Positions 48,930-62,739 of a stretch of 64,000 bases of DNA are shown piece after piece; position 1 is the first letter of the stretch, and every line of letters starts with the position of its first letter. The notes beneath the pieces were generated by a model. It saw nothing but the letters and a program-made list of their open reading frames with translations. It had not been told where the DNA came from and made no database searches. Source of the stretch: Callorhinchus milii (Eukaryota); NCBI RefSeq assembly GCF_018977255.1, contig NW_024704743.1, forward strand, positions 56,608,001 through 56,672,000, in the 5' to 3' direction. The position numbers and the translations under genes are program-made.

Positions 48930-49740
48930 TTTTAAAAAAAATCTGTTTATTGAAGCTTTGCAATACACAAAAACTACAGGACAGGATGCAGAGAACTGTA
49001 ATGTAATGGGAACTAGCCAATAAATACAAGCCATGAAAGCTGCCTGATTACCACTGTAACACCGAGAACATAACATCAAACATACTCCCCCATTCCCACC
49101 CTCAAAAAGAGGGGGAAAAATGTGGTCTGAAATTCTGAAAGCCTTTTCACACCTTCCCCACATTTCCCTGCTTTTAGTCAAAGCCCCAAGCTGCATTCGG
49201 AGGTCACAAGTTTCCTGGAGAGATCCTGGGTGTGATGTAACTATGTGCCAACTCATGCTGTGCTTCCATCCCTTTCCAGATGCTACAGAATAGACCTATT
49301 TTCCCTGAACGCTTGTACGCAAATAGGTGATTCTCTGAAGGTCGAATCATTGGCATTGCATCTTGCCAGGTGAGAGCATCCTATTCTTTGCTAATCTGTG
49401 AATACATGTGGTCTGAAATGCTGGTCAGCATTACGTGTAGCACCTTTGGAAATGCATGCAATTATAATGGGGGAATTCCATCAGCGACTAACATCGCCAA
49501 AGGAGCCACATATATTTCCGACTGGATTTTCAGCTCAATCGACTTTCATGGTGTGAAATTATCCGGCTAGGATCTATTGCCACAAGAGGTAATTTATTGG
49601 GAAAGATATTCTAAATTTTAAATATAAATATGGGGTAGGGCAATCCCAAAGCATCTTATCTCTATCCCTTTGAGGTTTATCCAAGTTAATCTGAGAGAGC
49701 TTCCCATCCCCTGGAAATTCAGATTCAAGTTTTGAATGTT
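48930..49740 (-). mobile_element. L1-like 3' fossil (ORF2 C-terminal pieces, 3' UTR, polyA signal)
   Basis: Minus strand EFPGDGKLSQINLDKPQRDRDK / DALGLP (cf. FIWxGKxPRIxxxxLQRxxxxGGLGLP); ends CTTCAATAAACAGATTTTTTTTAAAAG. Confidence 0.55.
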
Positions 49741-49774
49741 TTAAATCATCATGTGTCAGCCTGATTCCATTATT

Positions 49775-50165
49775 GGTCACCTCTGAGTCAGAAAGTTATA
49801 GATTTCAAGCCCCATGTCAGGACACTGAAGTCAGCTGACACTCCAATGCAATGCTGGCGTGGGCTGCATTATCAGAGGTGCCATCCTTCGGATGAGACCT
49901 TAACCTAAGATTCCATCTTCCTGGACATTAAAGATCACATGGTGCTATTTGAAAAGAGAAGCCTGTGTTCTAGCCAACGATCCCTAAAATAAAAGTGGCC
50001 ATTTATTTCATGGCTTTTTGTAAGACACTGTGAGCAAATTGACTGTTGTGTTTGCATACAGATTGCACAAGTCACTACACTTTACAGTGACTCCCGTGAA
50101 GCACTATGAGATATCCTACGTTATGAAAGGTGCCAAACCAAAGGCAAGGATTTATTATTATTTAA
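49775..50165 (+). mobile_element. Deu-domain SINE
   Basis: CACCTCTGAGTCAGAAAGTTATAGATTTCAAGCCCC; GCTGCATTATCAGAGGTGCCATCCTTCGGATGAGAC. Confidence 0.8.
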
Positions 50166-50321
50166 TTTTTGGTGAAAGTTCTGAGTGCTTGACAAGGCTA
50201 AGTTTCTGAATGTGTAGTGAAACACATTAAACTGATGGGAGACTAAGTCATTAAGATTTTGTAGACATACATAAGGTCTAAAAGGAATCAATCTCAGAAA
50301 CTCTCTTTAGGCAGAAAATAG

Positions 50322-50545
50322 TAACAACTTGCATTTATATAGCGCCCTTCACGCTAGATGATGTCTCTCATTGTGCTTAACAATGACAGAGCCCGATGTC
50401 GAGCCAGTGGGAGGGGGAAGGTAACCATAGGCACAGTCAAAGAGGAAGATCTTCAAGCGCAACCTGATAATGGGGAGAGACGGGGCAAGGCGAAGGGATT
50501 GAGGGAGAGAGTTCCACAGCTATGGGGTGTAGTGTCTGAAAGCAC
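50322..50545 (-). mobile_element. Old L2 3' fragment (family B-like)
   Basis: AACAACTTGCATTTATATAGCGCCCTTCACGC tail followed by L2 3' UTR and ORF-end sequence. Confidence 0.7.
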
Positions 50546-50947
50546 GGGGATGATCCAGGGGAATTAGTTGAATTTTGTGAATTCAGGGAAGCAGGGGAGA
50601 ATGGCGAGGAAGGCGTTTGAGTGATCAATAATAAAAATAAATAAATGAAAACAGTTTGTATGTCCACAGCCAGCCACTGAGTATTGGAAAGTGTAAAATC
50701 AAGTTAATGTTTTGGATCCGAACCTACAACAGATTTCTCCATCAAATTCAGTATCATTACCAACAGCATCTGGAAAAAACATCACGAGTGGTTAGCAAAA
50801 GACAACAACAGCAACAACTTCCCAGAGCGCTGAAACCCTAAGACACCACAGAAATAGCCATGGCAATTCTGCCACCAATCTCACTTTGCTATTTCGCTAT
50901 CTAAATAACACCATCACCAACAACAATGACAAATAGCGTTTATATAA

Positions 50948-51060
50948 GACAAAAGGCAAAGTACTGCAGATGCTGGAAATCTGGTATGAACACAGAACAC
51001 ATTTCCTCTCTCGATGGATGCTGCCTGACCTGCTGCATGTTCCCAGTGACTTCTGTGTTT
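50948..51060. mobile_element. Penelope-like terminal fragments in opposite orientations
   Basis: AAAGTACTGCAGATGCTGGAAATCTG followed by GATGCTGCCTGACCTGCTG...TTCCCAGTGACTTCTGT, the reverse complement of 14648-14686. Confidence 0.5.
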
Positions 51061-52759
51061 ATAGCATTTATATAGTGCCTTTCACATCGGGAGGACATCC
51101 CAAGGCATTGGATAGTCAAGGGTTAGCCCATTAATGCAACGTTAATTCAGGTGTTTAAGAGTTTGACAGGGAGCAAGCCTATTAAGGGATATTTAGAAGG
51201 AATGGGAGAAGTGAGAATAAAGCAAGGGGTGAAAATTATGAGGTGTGCTATGACATATGAGAAATATCACATCTCTCAATATTGCACTTGAGGACAACTA
51301 TAAATTTGTGACATAATAATCAAATCCTATCATAGCATGATGAAATGCCATAAATTTCATTCTTATAACTTTTAAGAGTGTGTATTTAATTTTTCTGCTG
51401 GGTGAACTCTCAAGAATAGTCATGGTATATTTTCAGCTGAGCTGGCCTATATTTACATACAAACACACAGCCACACAGTTACATTTTTATATGTGATCAC
51501 TAGACTTCAAAACTTTACTAGATAGCTTGAGACCAGCTGATCATGAACCTCATTCTCTTGTACTATGATGCACCAGCTGTTGCCAAGATCTTTAATTTGT
51601 TCCTCCTTGATGTACCAGTGGCCAAGATCATTAATTTGCTCCTTCAATATACTGTTAAGTAACTCAACACTTCATATCCTAGCAACATCAGTAATAAAGC
51701 TTTAGTTTGCTCAAGTGTAATTGGATCTTTCATCATTCACCATGGTACAGGCCATTCTCTTGTCAAAAGAGGCAACATTAGTGATACAGCTAATATAAAA
51801 CCTAAATTGCTATTGATTAAAGTACAAACCAGTATTCGTGCTACAATTGGTAACACATTACAGGCAGTGAATGAACTGAACTGAGGAAATGAGCACATCT
51901 GGATAACCGTGGATTGACAACAGGCCAAAGAGGCATGAGTTTGAAATTCAGAAAACTGGTTGCACTGAAAAAGAAGTGAACAGATTGTTTTACTACTTTG
52001 TTGGGGTTATTGTTATTATTATCACCTTTGAAATTCGTGTGCTCTTGCCCCATCCTACCATTCTGACTTCCTAAAACCTTATCAACCTGCCCTTTCCCTC
52101 CACTCTACGGCACTGGTTTGCTTCATGTCCCCAGCCCTGCAAACCCTCAATATTGGCCAAAAAAGAGTTAGGAGAATGGGCTGAATTTTGATTTAGGGGA
52201 ATGGAGCTTAAAGTTAGAGGTCAGCCAGTCAAAAGTGAATCCAGAAAAAAATTCTGCAAGTGTGGAATGCAATGCTGCAGAAGCCCATTAATGGTCCAGA
52301 GTTTTTTAACGGCTATATGAGGAAGCCAGGAACGCAAAATATGACTAGTATCAAGCTATAACCAGTAAGGCAATTAATCATATTTTCCCTAACACTGTTT
52401 TTAACATTTAAAATTTTGACCTTTTCACGTAAACATAAAAGCAGTTGGACACTGCGCTGTGGTTGGAAATTTTTGAGTATCACTAACCAAGCTCCATAGC
52501 ATCAAGTAAAATTGCTCTAATGAAACTTTTAAGTCGACTTTTCAAGAAAAAAGATGACTTACCCAGAGGCTGAAGTGTTTGCCTGCTCCTATAGATTCTC
52601 TGTGTGATTTGTAATGCACTTAATTTCAATCACACATTTATTCCACAGATTCTGATCTCTTATCTGAGCATGTTTAAGTGGATTCTTCGAAACCAGATAA
52701 GGGTTTAAAGTAGGCAGTCAAATTCTATATTTGTATATATAGAGGTTCAAGTTTAGTAG

Positions 52760-53029
52760 GTGGAGTCCTGTAGCTCAGTAGTTAGAGCACTCGCTTTGCA
52801 AGCGAGAGACCTGAGTTCAATTTCAGGTAGGGTGAAATCTTGGGCAAGTTTCCTTACTCCACACGCCTAATAATAATCCCTCCAAAACCAAAAACAATAA
52901 TAAATTGGTCATTTTCAATCTACGACTGTTTGTGGGACATTGCTGTGTGCAATTGGCTGTTCGAGTTCGCGGGACGTCCTCCCGACGTGAAAAGCGCTAT
53001 GTCAAATGCAAGGATTATTATTATTATTA
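52760..53029 (+). mobile_element. tRNA-Ala SINE, short subfamily, with a ~50-nt internal deletion
   Basis: Matches the 17031 copy but jumps GTTCGC|GGGACGTCC. Confidence 0.93.
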
Positions 53030-53206
53030 ACCCTGGGACAGATAATGAAAAGGTAATTGCAATGCTTACAAACCATCATTTTGTGATTAATGGAGGACCT
53101 TACCCAGAAATTACTAGTAACTTGAGTAGATTACAAGCATTTTGCTTTGAAGAATAAACGAATCAACAATGACTCTGTTTCCTGCCTAGGTAAGCACTGG
53201 ACCACT

Positions 53207-53445
53207 ATAATAATAATCCTTGCATTTGATTCAGTGCCTTACAACATTATGGAGACATCTCAAAACAATACTTACTCTGAAGTGTAGTGTCCTGTATTTT
53301 GTAGAGAAACACAGTAGTCAATTTGTGCACAGCTGTGTCCCACAACAACCATGAAATGATTGACCATTTTTTAAATTGTGGGATTGCTGGCCAGGACACC
53401 AGGAGCAATTCCCTTCTCATTTAGAATAGTGCTATGAGATCTTAA
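53207..53445 (-). mobile_element. Deu-type SINE 3' half
   Basis: SINE tail plus GGGATTGCTGGCCAGGACACCAGGAGCAATTCCC. Confidence 0.7.
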
Positions 53446-54650
53446 CAATAATAAGATAGGCCTACCTCTGCCATAGTTCCACCCACTCACTTATTCTCAC
53501 TGTATTGCAATTTTTTGCTTTCTTTTTCACAAAATGTCTCTCCAAACCAATGTCATTTTGTACAACACTCTACATAGAAATAACAAATAGTTACAGGTGA
53601 TTTATAAATGTTTACATGGATCTGAATTGGCTTCTAAACAAGAATGCCTCAAACCAATGAGAAAACCGCATATAACATCTGCTCACCCCCTGAACATCTG
53701 TTACTTTTTATAACACAGCATGCGCAATATATTTACCTCTTTGTTCATGTTCATGTAAAACGGTCAACGTTGCGTGGACTACACAGTCGAGGACGTCATT
53801 GCTAATGAGGAACAAGGGGTGAGCGATGTTGCAAATCCAACAATGCAATGCACATGTGTTGTCAGAGGCACAAAATTACATGAAGAGTATGCACATGTTG
53901 TGAGATGACATGCTGATTACAAGTATGCTTTCAGGAAGCATAATGGTATAAAATATATTGAACAATAGTGGGGAGGGAGGTGTAAGGTTGGATTGCAGCT
54001 GAGGGATTCTTCTGTTACCCTCATTGCCTGTTATTATCAGTTGAATCGCAAGTTCTATGTAAAATATTGCCTTAACTTTCTGCGATTAATGTTAAATTTT
54101 TGTCTTGTCATTCTACATGTGTTAAGATGATTCGTTTTTGTGAAACAAACATTAAGACAGTTTTTCCATTATTCAAACATTCCATTATGCCATTACATAG
54201 AGTCACGTTTACATTATTATTAAAGACTGGTGCATAGTTGGGAGTGATCACAAACCAGTAATCTGATTGATGGGTTATGATCATGTAATAATTTGTGAGT
54301 GAGGCGACAGCATTTCATACCATCTTACATACTTTGAAATGAAATGTTGGCCTTAGAACCACTATCATTTTCATAATATGGATGTACTGAATTTTATTGA
54401 ATGGATTTACTTTCTTTGAGGTTCACAAGATCACAGAAAAGGTTCACATGAAGAAAGCCCTGTAGCCCATTTGATTTCAGCTTTCCAGGATATGCATCCT
54501 ATCATCCGCCCATTACAGCATCTAGGTGGTTCTTGGCATTCACGCTGACAACCATGTTGCTGACGCGAGATTAGGTTCTTTCTGAATTGTTAATGATTTG
54601 ATTTGTTTCAGACTTATCAAGTATTAATCAACATGAGTTTACAGGAAATG

Positions 54651-54965
54651 TAATAATAATAATAATCTGCATTTAATGTAGAGCTTTTCACATCTTCTAG
54701 ACGTCTCAAAGGGCTTCACAGAATAGACTGTAAAGTGAATTGACTGTATATTTGTGGGCGAAAAGCGGCAGCCAATTAAGCACAGCAGTGTCCCACAAAT
54801 AGTCTTGGATTGAAAATGACCAATTTATTAATGTTTTTGTTTTGGGAGGGATTATTATTAGGCGTGTGGAGTAAGGAAACTTGCCCAAGGTTTTGCCCTG
54901 CCTGGAATTGAACCCAGGTGTCTCACTTGCAAGGTGAGCGCTCTAACCACTGAGCTACAGGACTC
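54651..54965 (-). mobile_element. tRNA-Ala SINE, short subfamily, full length
   Basis: Reverse match to 17031-17347. Confidence 0.95.
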
Positions 54966-56793
54966 ATAAACCAGCATATCGGCATTAATAACTACCTAAA
55001 AGTGATTATGTGACAATGAGGGTATCTCATTGGAGTGAGATGGCATTACAAATTGATAGGGTGAAGTTATATCTACTCTTTGGTTCCTTTATTTTTATAA
55101 GAATATTTTTATACTATCATAAAAACACCATTGCTATGTCACTTTATCCAGTTACCATTTTGCTAAATCATCGATGGATGTCCTCCATAGATAGAGGATT
55201 ACATGCATTTATGGTTTGGATACTCTTAAGCCTGCTGATGGGGTTCCACATCAGACTGAGAAAAATGGTCAGGGAGGAGTTGACTTTGCACAAATAAGAA
55301 TTAAGTAATTACTCAAAAGAGGAAAATCTATTTAGCAATCATTGACATCTTGCAGTTTTTAGAATGTAACGTGGTAGAACACTCCCATTCCAAGTAAGGT
55401 AATCGACCCCAAACTGAATTTTGTTTGTAATTAGTCACGTAAATATGCCATCCTTACAATTCGTGTTCTGTGAGCACTGCCTTTGTACAAACACATATGT
55501 TCTTAAACAAATTCTGTTATTACAAGCCGTTCCTTGTAACAAATATTTTCCAAGGTTTCAACTAAAGCTCCGGGGAAGTCATTGGAGTTCAAGTCTTAGA
55601 CTGATCAACTCTACAAACACTCATGCTCAGAATTACAGAACCAGTTTGCCTACAAAATATACAGTCACTAGATTTTACAGTAAAATCCTTTCATGTTGGG
55701 AGGACGTCACAAAGTACTTGAATGCTATGATGTGCTCTGTTCTCATTTTTGTGTTTAATATCTGTCAAAATATTTCAGTGATAAAATAACAACAGGACAA
55801 TGTAAGTAATGGCTGTGTACCTTTCTGTCTGGCATTAGTTCTCATTAAAATGTAAATAGCACAATTTATAAAAAAATGGGGGTTTTGAATACGATGGACT
55901 GAATACAGTGTAACTAGCTTGCAGAATGAATTAAAGGCAGTAAAAAATTAAAAGAAGCATTTTTATATGAAATTGTAATATAATGAATTTTCTATTGGTA
56001 AAGATTGCTGAGATTGAACTGCACAGTAGTAGCTTTTACACATTATTCCGAAATCAACTCCTGAAATCTTCATTTACACAGCACAAATTAACCTTAACAG
56101 CAGGTATTGGACAGTGAGCACAGTATAATTAACTTGTCTATTTTCAGCACAAAGAATAGAGTCCAGAGGATAGTAATCTTCTGCACAGGCACAAAACGTA
56201 ACACAATGTGACCGGCAATGCAAAGTGAATTTGAGAGGGACACAGACCACTGTCATGTCAGTAGGTTTGATTTGGATTATTTCATGCTTTTCCTTAAGGG
56301 ATGGTTTACATTAAATATTGTTGAATTTTGTAAACACCATAGATTCTAGGAGTGCAATTGATTCTCATAAAACCTCATAAAATGAAATTCTCATAAAATG
56401 GTATCATAAAACCTTTGTTTTGTATTCTGATTTCTTTTAGTATGACTGACTGGCAATTGGTATATTAGTTAGTTATTAAAGTATAGAGGATAGGGTCTAA
56501 TTTGCATTGTTTCTTGAAAGATCTCTTAATAAGAAATGTGTAATTATCGAATTTCTAAAAACTTGAATGCACTAAAGAATCTAATTATCATATTAATGAA
56601 TGTAACAAAAATAACCCTTGCATCTGATATTGCACCTTTTATATTGGGTGGAAGTCTCAAAATGCACTGTAAAGTGCAGTGACTGTGTATTTTGTCGATG
56701 AGTGCAGGACCCAGTATGTGCACAGCAATGTCCCACAAATAGCCATGAAGTGAAAATATATTCAGTAGTCAGTGTTCTAGAAATTCAGTAATG

Positions 56794-57140
56794 ACAACAA
56801 CAACAAAATTACATTTATAGAGCACCTTTCATGTCGGGAGGACGTCCCAAAGCGCTGAACAGTCAGATGTCGGGGCCCGAGCATGGGGGAGGGGTAGTGT
56901 AAGGGTGAGGGAAGGCAGAGAGGTGGGAGGGCGATCAAAGGCACAGTCGAAGAGAAGGGTCTTGAGACCGGCCTTGAAGATTGCAAGGGAGGAAGCGAGG
57001 CGAAGGGACCGTGGGATAGAGTTCCAGAGTGTGGGGGCAGAGAGGCTGAAAGCCCAGCCACCGATGGTAGGGCAGGTCGGGCGGGGGACATGGAGCAGGC
57101 CGGAGTCTGATGAGCGCAGGGAGTGGGCAGGTTGGTAGGG
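56794..57140 (-). mobile_element. L2 3' fragment (family A)
   Basis: Highly similar to 2333-2680; (CAA)n tail on the plus strand. Confidence 0.92.
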
Positions 57141-57392
57141 AAACAGTGACAGTTTCTTATGATGGAATCTGTTAAGAATTACTATACCTCAAATTAGAGA
57201 CTGTACCAAAATGAATTGTCTTTGATCCTTTAACCTCTGCTAACAGGAATATTGAAAGATATAGCAAGGAGCGAAAGAATGGAAGGAAGACAAAAAACAT
57301 CACCTTATCAAGGATAATAAGCTAATATCTAATATAACAAAATGCCTGAAGATCCACCTGATCTTGGCCTATAAGATCATTTAATTAAAAAT

Positions 57393-57511
57393 TTTCACCC
57401 ACAAAAAATATACAGTCAATTCACTTTACAGTATATTTTTGTGAAGCACTTTGAGTCATCTCAAAGACGTGATTAGGCGCTATATCAAATGCAAGGATTA
57501 TTATTATTATT
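57393..57511 (+). mobile_element. SINE 3' fragment
   Basis: TACAGTCAATTCACTTTACAG...GCGCTATATCAAATGCAAGG(ATT)n. Confidence 0.85.
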
Positions 57512-59221
57512 AATATCGATCAGAATTGCAGAAAAGAAAAATTGTCAAAATCAACCTTCATTTGGAAGCTGGTTCTTTTTTAAAAATTACAGAAAATAAG
57601 CTTTCAAACCAATATTGAGTTTAAGAATTTTCCATCATTCCATGATATCTTACATTTTAAAATAAGATTTTAAAATAAAATTTAAAAATAGGGCAAGACG
57701 AGTTGGAATTTTTCTGTGTAAGAATGTGGGCGAAAAATAATTTTGCCCTCTTCGCTCCACCATCCGGGCTTTCAACCTCTACGACCCAAGATTCTGCAAC
57801 TCTCTGCCTCATCCCTTCTGCCTTGTCCCCTCCTCGCCCGACTTCAGATTGCACCTGAAGAGCATCCTCTTTGATCATGCCTATGGTTACGTCACCTCTC
57901 TCTCTCTGACTTGGTGTCAAATTCTGCCACTGTTAAGTGCTCTGAGATGCTACCCTGCATGAAGCAAACTAATACATCTCATGTTGATCTATCTAATGTT
58001 GATCTATCTCAAGATTCTCTGTGTGATCTAATGATTAAAACATGCATGCACAGTGATGCCTACAGTTTACTGTCCATACGAGGCACAAAACGTTCACTTA
58101 GACTGTAATTCTAACTGTTTCTGAAATCTCAACTGTGTTGGCACCTTTGTAATAACCCTGACCTCTCCCACCCCCCTTCAGATCTTAATAGGGCAGAACA
58201 AGTGAAATTGGGGAACTAGTAGTATAAGACTAATCCTGTCAATATGGTAATGTCATTTTCCCCCTCCCCACCTCCTCCCACACCCCCCCACCCCACACAC
58301 ACAAACACAATTTACATTTATTCTTCGTCTCTCATACTGGATGAGTTCTTCTTCGTTTACTCATTCTGCCTGTTTCTCCTTTACCCGCAGCAACAAAACA
58401 GTCACTACAATTCACAAATATAAATCTTTTGTGTGAAACGCTTTAAGGTGTTTGGAAGTTATATTATGATTGTTGATGATAATCCTTGCATTCGATATAA
58501 TGCCTTATCACATTATCAAAATGTCTTAAAGTACTGCACAGGACATACTGTTAAGTGGTGTGACTCAGTATTTTGTGAGCAATTATTAATGAAACACAAT
58601 ATAAAATGCAACTGAGGTACTATTTATTATTTGTGTGCATGGCAAATGCATATTCCTTTGAACGATGCAGGATGTAAACCTGAAACATCGTGACTTGGAG
58701 GGTGTGGCACTTACAGATGCTGGAGGGTCCACGTTACAGAGAACTGGTAATCACTTGTCTAGGGACATGCTTGACAGATAATAATTTGTGTTGGAAAGTT
58801 ATGTGAAGGGCAATATTTAAGCATCTGCAGTAACATCACAAGAAGGATAAACACAGGGGGCGGGAAGTACATTCTTAGGTCTCAAACTAGTCTACTTTAC
58901 TATCAGTGAACTAACATAATCAATTCAAATAGTGACGATTCACACGAGATCTATTCAATTTCTTTTCAGCTTCCTATTTTTGCATTTCATTATCCTCATT
59001 TATATAAAACGGTAATCCATTTGCACGTGAGAAAAATCATAAAAGGCAACATTAGTGGAATAGTTTTTACATAAAGGATTATTAGGATATGAAGTGTGTT
59101 CATCCTCAATTAGCCAATTAAACCAATTCAGCTATGACATTTATAAGAGAATTAGATGAAACTTAAAGGATGAAATTTCAAAAGAATATGGGTAAAGAGC
59201 AGGGAATGGGTAAAGTGAAGA

Positions 59222-59645
59222 GTAATAATAATAATTCATACATTTGACATAGCACCTTTCACATTGGAAGAATATTTCAAAGCAAGTCACAGGATAACAT
59301 TTAAAGTACAATGACTGTTAATTTTGTAGGGAAACGCAACAGCTAATTTGTGGGCAACAATGCCCCACAACCAGCCATGGCCTATGACCAATTTTATTTG
59401 GGGGGGGTTGTTGGTCAGACATTGGGAGAATCACCTTTCTCTTTTTGAATATTGCAGGGGATACTTAGCGTCCACCTGAACAAGCAGACGGGACCTTTAA
59501 TGTCTCATCTGAAGGATGGCACCCTCAACAATGGTGCATACCCACTAGCCCTGCAAGTGTCAGATTGCTATATATGTTCAAAGTCGTAATGTGGGGCTTG
59601 AACCCATTGACTCAGAGAAGAGAATGTTACCAAATGAACCAGGCT
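59222..59645 (-). mobile_element. Deu-domain SINE, near full length
   Basis: CGTCCACCTGAACAAGCAGACGGGACCTTTAATGTCTCATCTGAAGGATGGCACC; head GTGGGGCTTGAACCC...GACTCAGA. Confidence 0.8.
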
Positions 59646-59717
59646 AACAGAATAAGGATAAAAAGATGAGTCTGGAGAGTTTTGTGGACAGAGTTAAAGA
59701 AATGTATTAAAGCAGAT

Positions 59718-60747
59718 ACAACAACAACAACAACAACAAGATTACATTTGTATAGCGCCTTTCAAGTTGGGAGGACGTTGGGCACTGGACAGTGTACAGC
59801 ATTTCAGATCCGAGCTGGGGTCAGCGGGTGAGAAGGGAAAGGAGGGGAAGGGGGGTGGCTGATGGCATGGTCGAAGAGGAGGGTCTTGAGGCGGGACTTG
59901 AAGGAGAGTAAGGAGGGGGTGAGGCGGAGTGATTGGGGAATGGAATTCCAGAGGTTGGGGGCAGAGTGGCTGAAGGCTCTCCCGCCGATGGTGGGGTGGG
60001 TGGGTCGGGGGGAGACAGAGCAGGCCGGAGCCGGCTGAGTGGAGGGAGCAGGCGGGATGGTAGGAGGTTAGGAGGTCACAGAGGTAGTGTGGGGCGAGGC
60101 CGTGGAGGGCTTTGTAGGTGAGGACCAGGATCTTGAACTGGATCCTCTGAAGGATAGGGAGCCAAAGGAGTTGGGCGAGAGTGGGGTAGATGGGGTCACG
60201 GAGTTTGGTGCGGGAGAGGACACGGGCTGCAGAGTTCTGGATTATCTGCAGCCTGTGGAGGGAGGAGTTGGGAAGGCCGACAAGCAGCGCATTTGCATAG
60301 TCGAGCCTGTAGGTGATGAAGGCATGAACAAGAGTTTCAGTGGCCGGAGGGGTAAGGTATTGGCGGAGTTGGGTGATGTTACGGAGGTGAGGGAAGGCTT
60401 GGAAGTGGGGAAGAAAAGACAGTTGACGATCGAACACAACACCTGGGTTCCTGACTGGCTGGTGAGTTGGTGAGTTGAAGTGTGCAACCATGGAGGTTGA
60501 TGCTGCCAAAGCCTGAGGTGCTGAGGCGCCGGCGCGAGCCAATCAGGAGGGCCTCAGTCTTGTTCACATTCAACTGAAGAAAATTTGCCCTCATCCAGGA
60601 CTTGATGTCTGACAGGAAGTCTGTCAGGACAGCAGTGGTCCTGGAGTTGAGGGTGGAGGCAGAAAGATAGAGTCGGGTGTCATCCACATATATATGGAAG
60701 TTGACCCCATGTCTGCGGATGATGTCACCAAGAGGGAGGATATAGAT
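59718..60747 (-). mobile_element. 5'-truncated L2 (family A)
   Basis: [60 protein letters not shown]; (TTG)7 tail. Confidence 0.95.
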
Positions 60748-60822
60748 AGCTTCATTGGGGGATTCAAATGACTTTATGACTTACAGTCTCTCCCACTCAC
60801 TCATAGTAAATATTCCTGTATT

Positions 60823-61143
60823 TGGAGTTCTGTAGCTCAGTGGTTAGAGCACTCGCTTTGCAAGTGAGAGACCTGAGTTCAATTCCAGGCAGGGCGAAAC
60901 CTTGGGCAAGTTTCCTTACTCCACACAGAGCCTAATAATAATCCCTCCAAAACAAAACAATAATAGATTGGTCATTTTCAATCTACAACTGTTTGTGGGA
61001 CATTGCTGTGCGCAATTGGCTGCCGTGTTCACCCACAAATATACAGTCAATTCATTTTACAGTGTGTTCTGTGAAGCGCTTTGGGACGTCCTCCCGATGT
61101 GAAAAGTGCTGTATCAAATGCAAGGATTATTATTATTATTATT
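60823..61143 (+). mobile_element. tRNA-Ala SINE, short subfamily, full length
   Basis: Near-identical to 17031-17347. Confidence 0.95.
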
Positions 61144-61904
61144 CCTATTTTTCCCTCTGTCTACTTTGTAAATCGGCCTTCAATATGAATGGGCTCTAAA
61201 TAATCACCCCATTCAAATCCTCCTTCTACCTCCCTCACACTCTCTGTCTTTCACACTCACTCATCCTCACACTCTCCAACAGCCACATTCTGTCTCTGTC
61301 ACTTTCACTCATCCATCTCCCTTTCATATTTTTCTGATTATATAATGACAATTACCCCAGGACTTCAAAAAAAATTAATTAGGCCTATGTTTGAATCATT
61401 TCCCACACGAACATTATTTTGCAAGAAAAATGACTTGCATATGGATAGAGGAAGTGAAAGAAGGAAAACTAGTAGTCTACAGGGGATGAAAGAAAGAAGG
61501 TGTGTCCTGGTGTCCCATTAATAGCCTATTAACAGCTTGTCGTGATTTAAAACTGGGACATTGCAGAATGCATGAAATAGGACAGACAGGATATGTGCAT
61601 TCTCTATGGAGGATGGAGCCAAGCATTACTGAGCAGTCCCAGAGTCCACTGTGGACGTGTTGCTGCTGTCTGTGTTCTTTACATCCACGACTCTTGACCA
61701 GAGTAAATGTGTCTTTGTTATTTAGAAATACTTCAACCAATCTACTCTCTGGAACTCCATCCCATAGTCACCAGATCACAAGATCATAAGATTGGATGAA
61801 GGAAACCCTTCAGCCCATCTGATCTCATGGCTCTGGAACATCCATCCCCACATTACAGCATCAAGCTGTTTTTTTTAAGCAAGTCCAGTGTCCCAGTCTC
61901 AGCC

Positions 61905-62733
61905 ACCCTTCCTGTCTTCCTGTCTTAATTCCTCTCACCTCAACCTTCATGGTTCTGTCCTTGAATGGTTCAGATCGTACCTCTCACACCATCTCCACTT
62001 CATCTCCACAAACGGTTTCTCCTCTAGCCTCCGCACGATCTCGTGCGGCATTCCTCGCTGCTCTGTCCTTGGTCCCCTCCTCTTCAATATCTATATGCTC
62101 CCTTTTGGTGACATCATCTGCAGACAACTTCCACAACTCCCAACTCTACCCCTCTGCCTCCACCCTTGACTCCAGGACCCCTGCTGTCCTGAGAGAATGT
62201 CTGGATGAGAGCTAACTTTCTTCAGTTGAATGTCAACAAGACTGAGGCTCTCCTCATTGTCTCCCGTCAGTGCCTCCACACCGTGTCCTCTCCTGCACCA
62301 GGCTCCATAACCTTATCACTCACAACCTCATCTGACTCCATCACACAGAGGATACAGTTCAGGATCCTGGTCCTCACCTTCAAAGCCCTCCATGACCTCG
62401 CTCCTAACCTAACCTCCTAACCATCTACCAACCTGCCCGCTCGCTCCACTTAGTGGGATCCAGCCTTCTTCATGTCCCCCACCTTGCCCACCCCACCACT
62501 GGTGAGTGAGCCTTCAACCACTCTGCCCCTACCCTCTGGAACCGATGGCTCTTTCAAGACCCATCTCAAGACCCTCCGCTTCATCCGTGCTTTTGATCAG
62601 ACCTCCCTCCCTCTCTGCCCTCCACCCTCCCCAATTCCGACTCCCAGCTCAGGCTGAAAAACTGACTGTCCAGTGCCTTGGTACGTCCTCCTGATGTGAA
62701 AGGCGCTATACAAATGTAATTTTGTTATTGTTG
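61905..62733 (+). mobile_element. Internally deleted L2 (family A)
   Basis: [41 protein letters not shown]; tail GAAAGGCGCTATACAAATGTAATTTTGTTATTGTTG. Confidence 0.9.
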
Positions 62734-62739
62734 TAATTT

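Noticed and set aside
51226..51362. MITE with TGAAAATTATG / CATAAATTTCA ends
   Set aside because: Short, AT-rich, imperfect termini with no TSD or second copy.
59742..60542. 266-aa ORF as a host gene (likewise 2409-3077, 14767-15372, 32207-32761)
   Set aside because: Frameshifted L2 ORF2 remnants with no endonuclease domain or intact RT.
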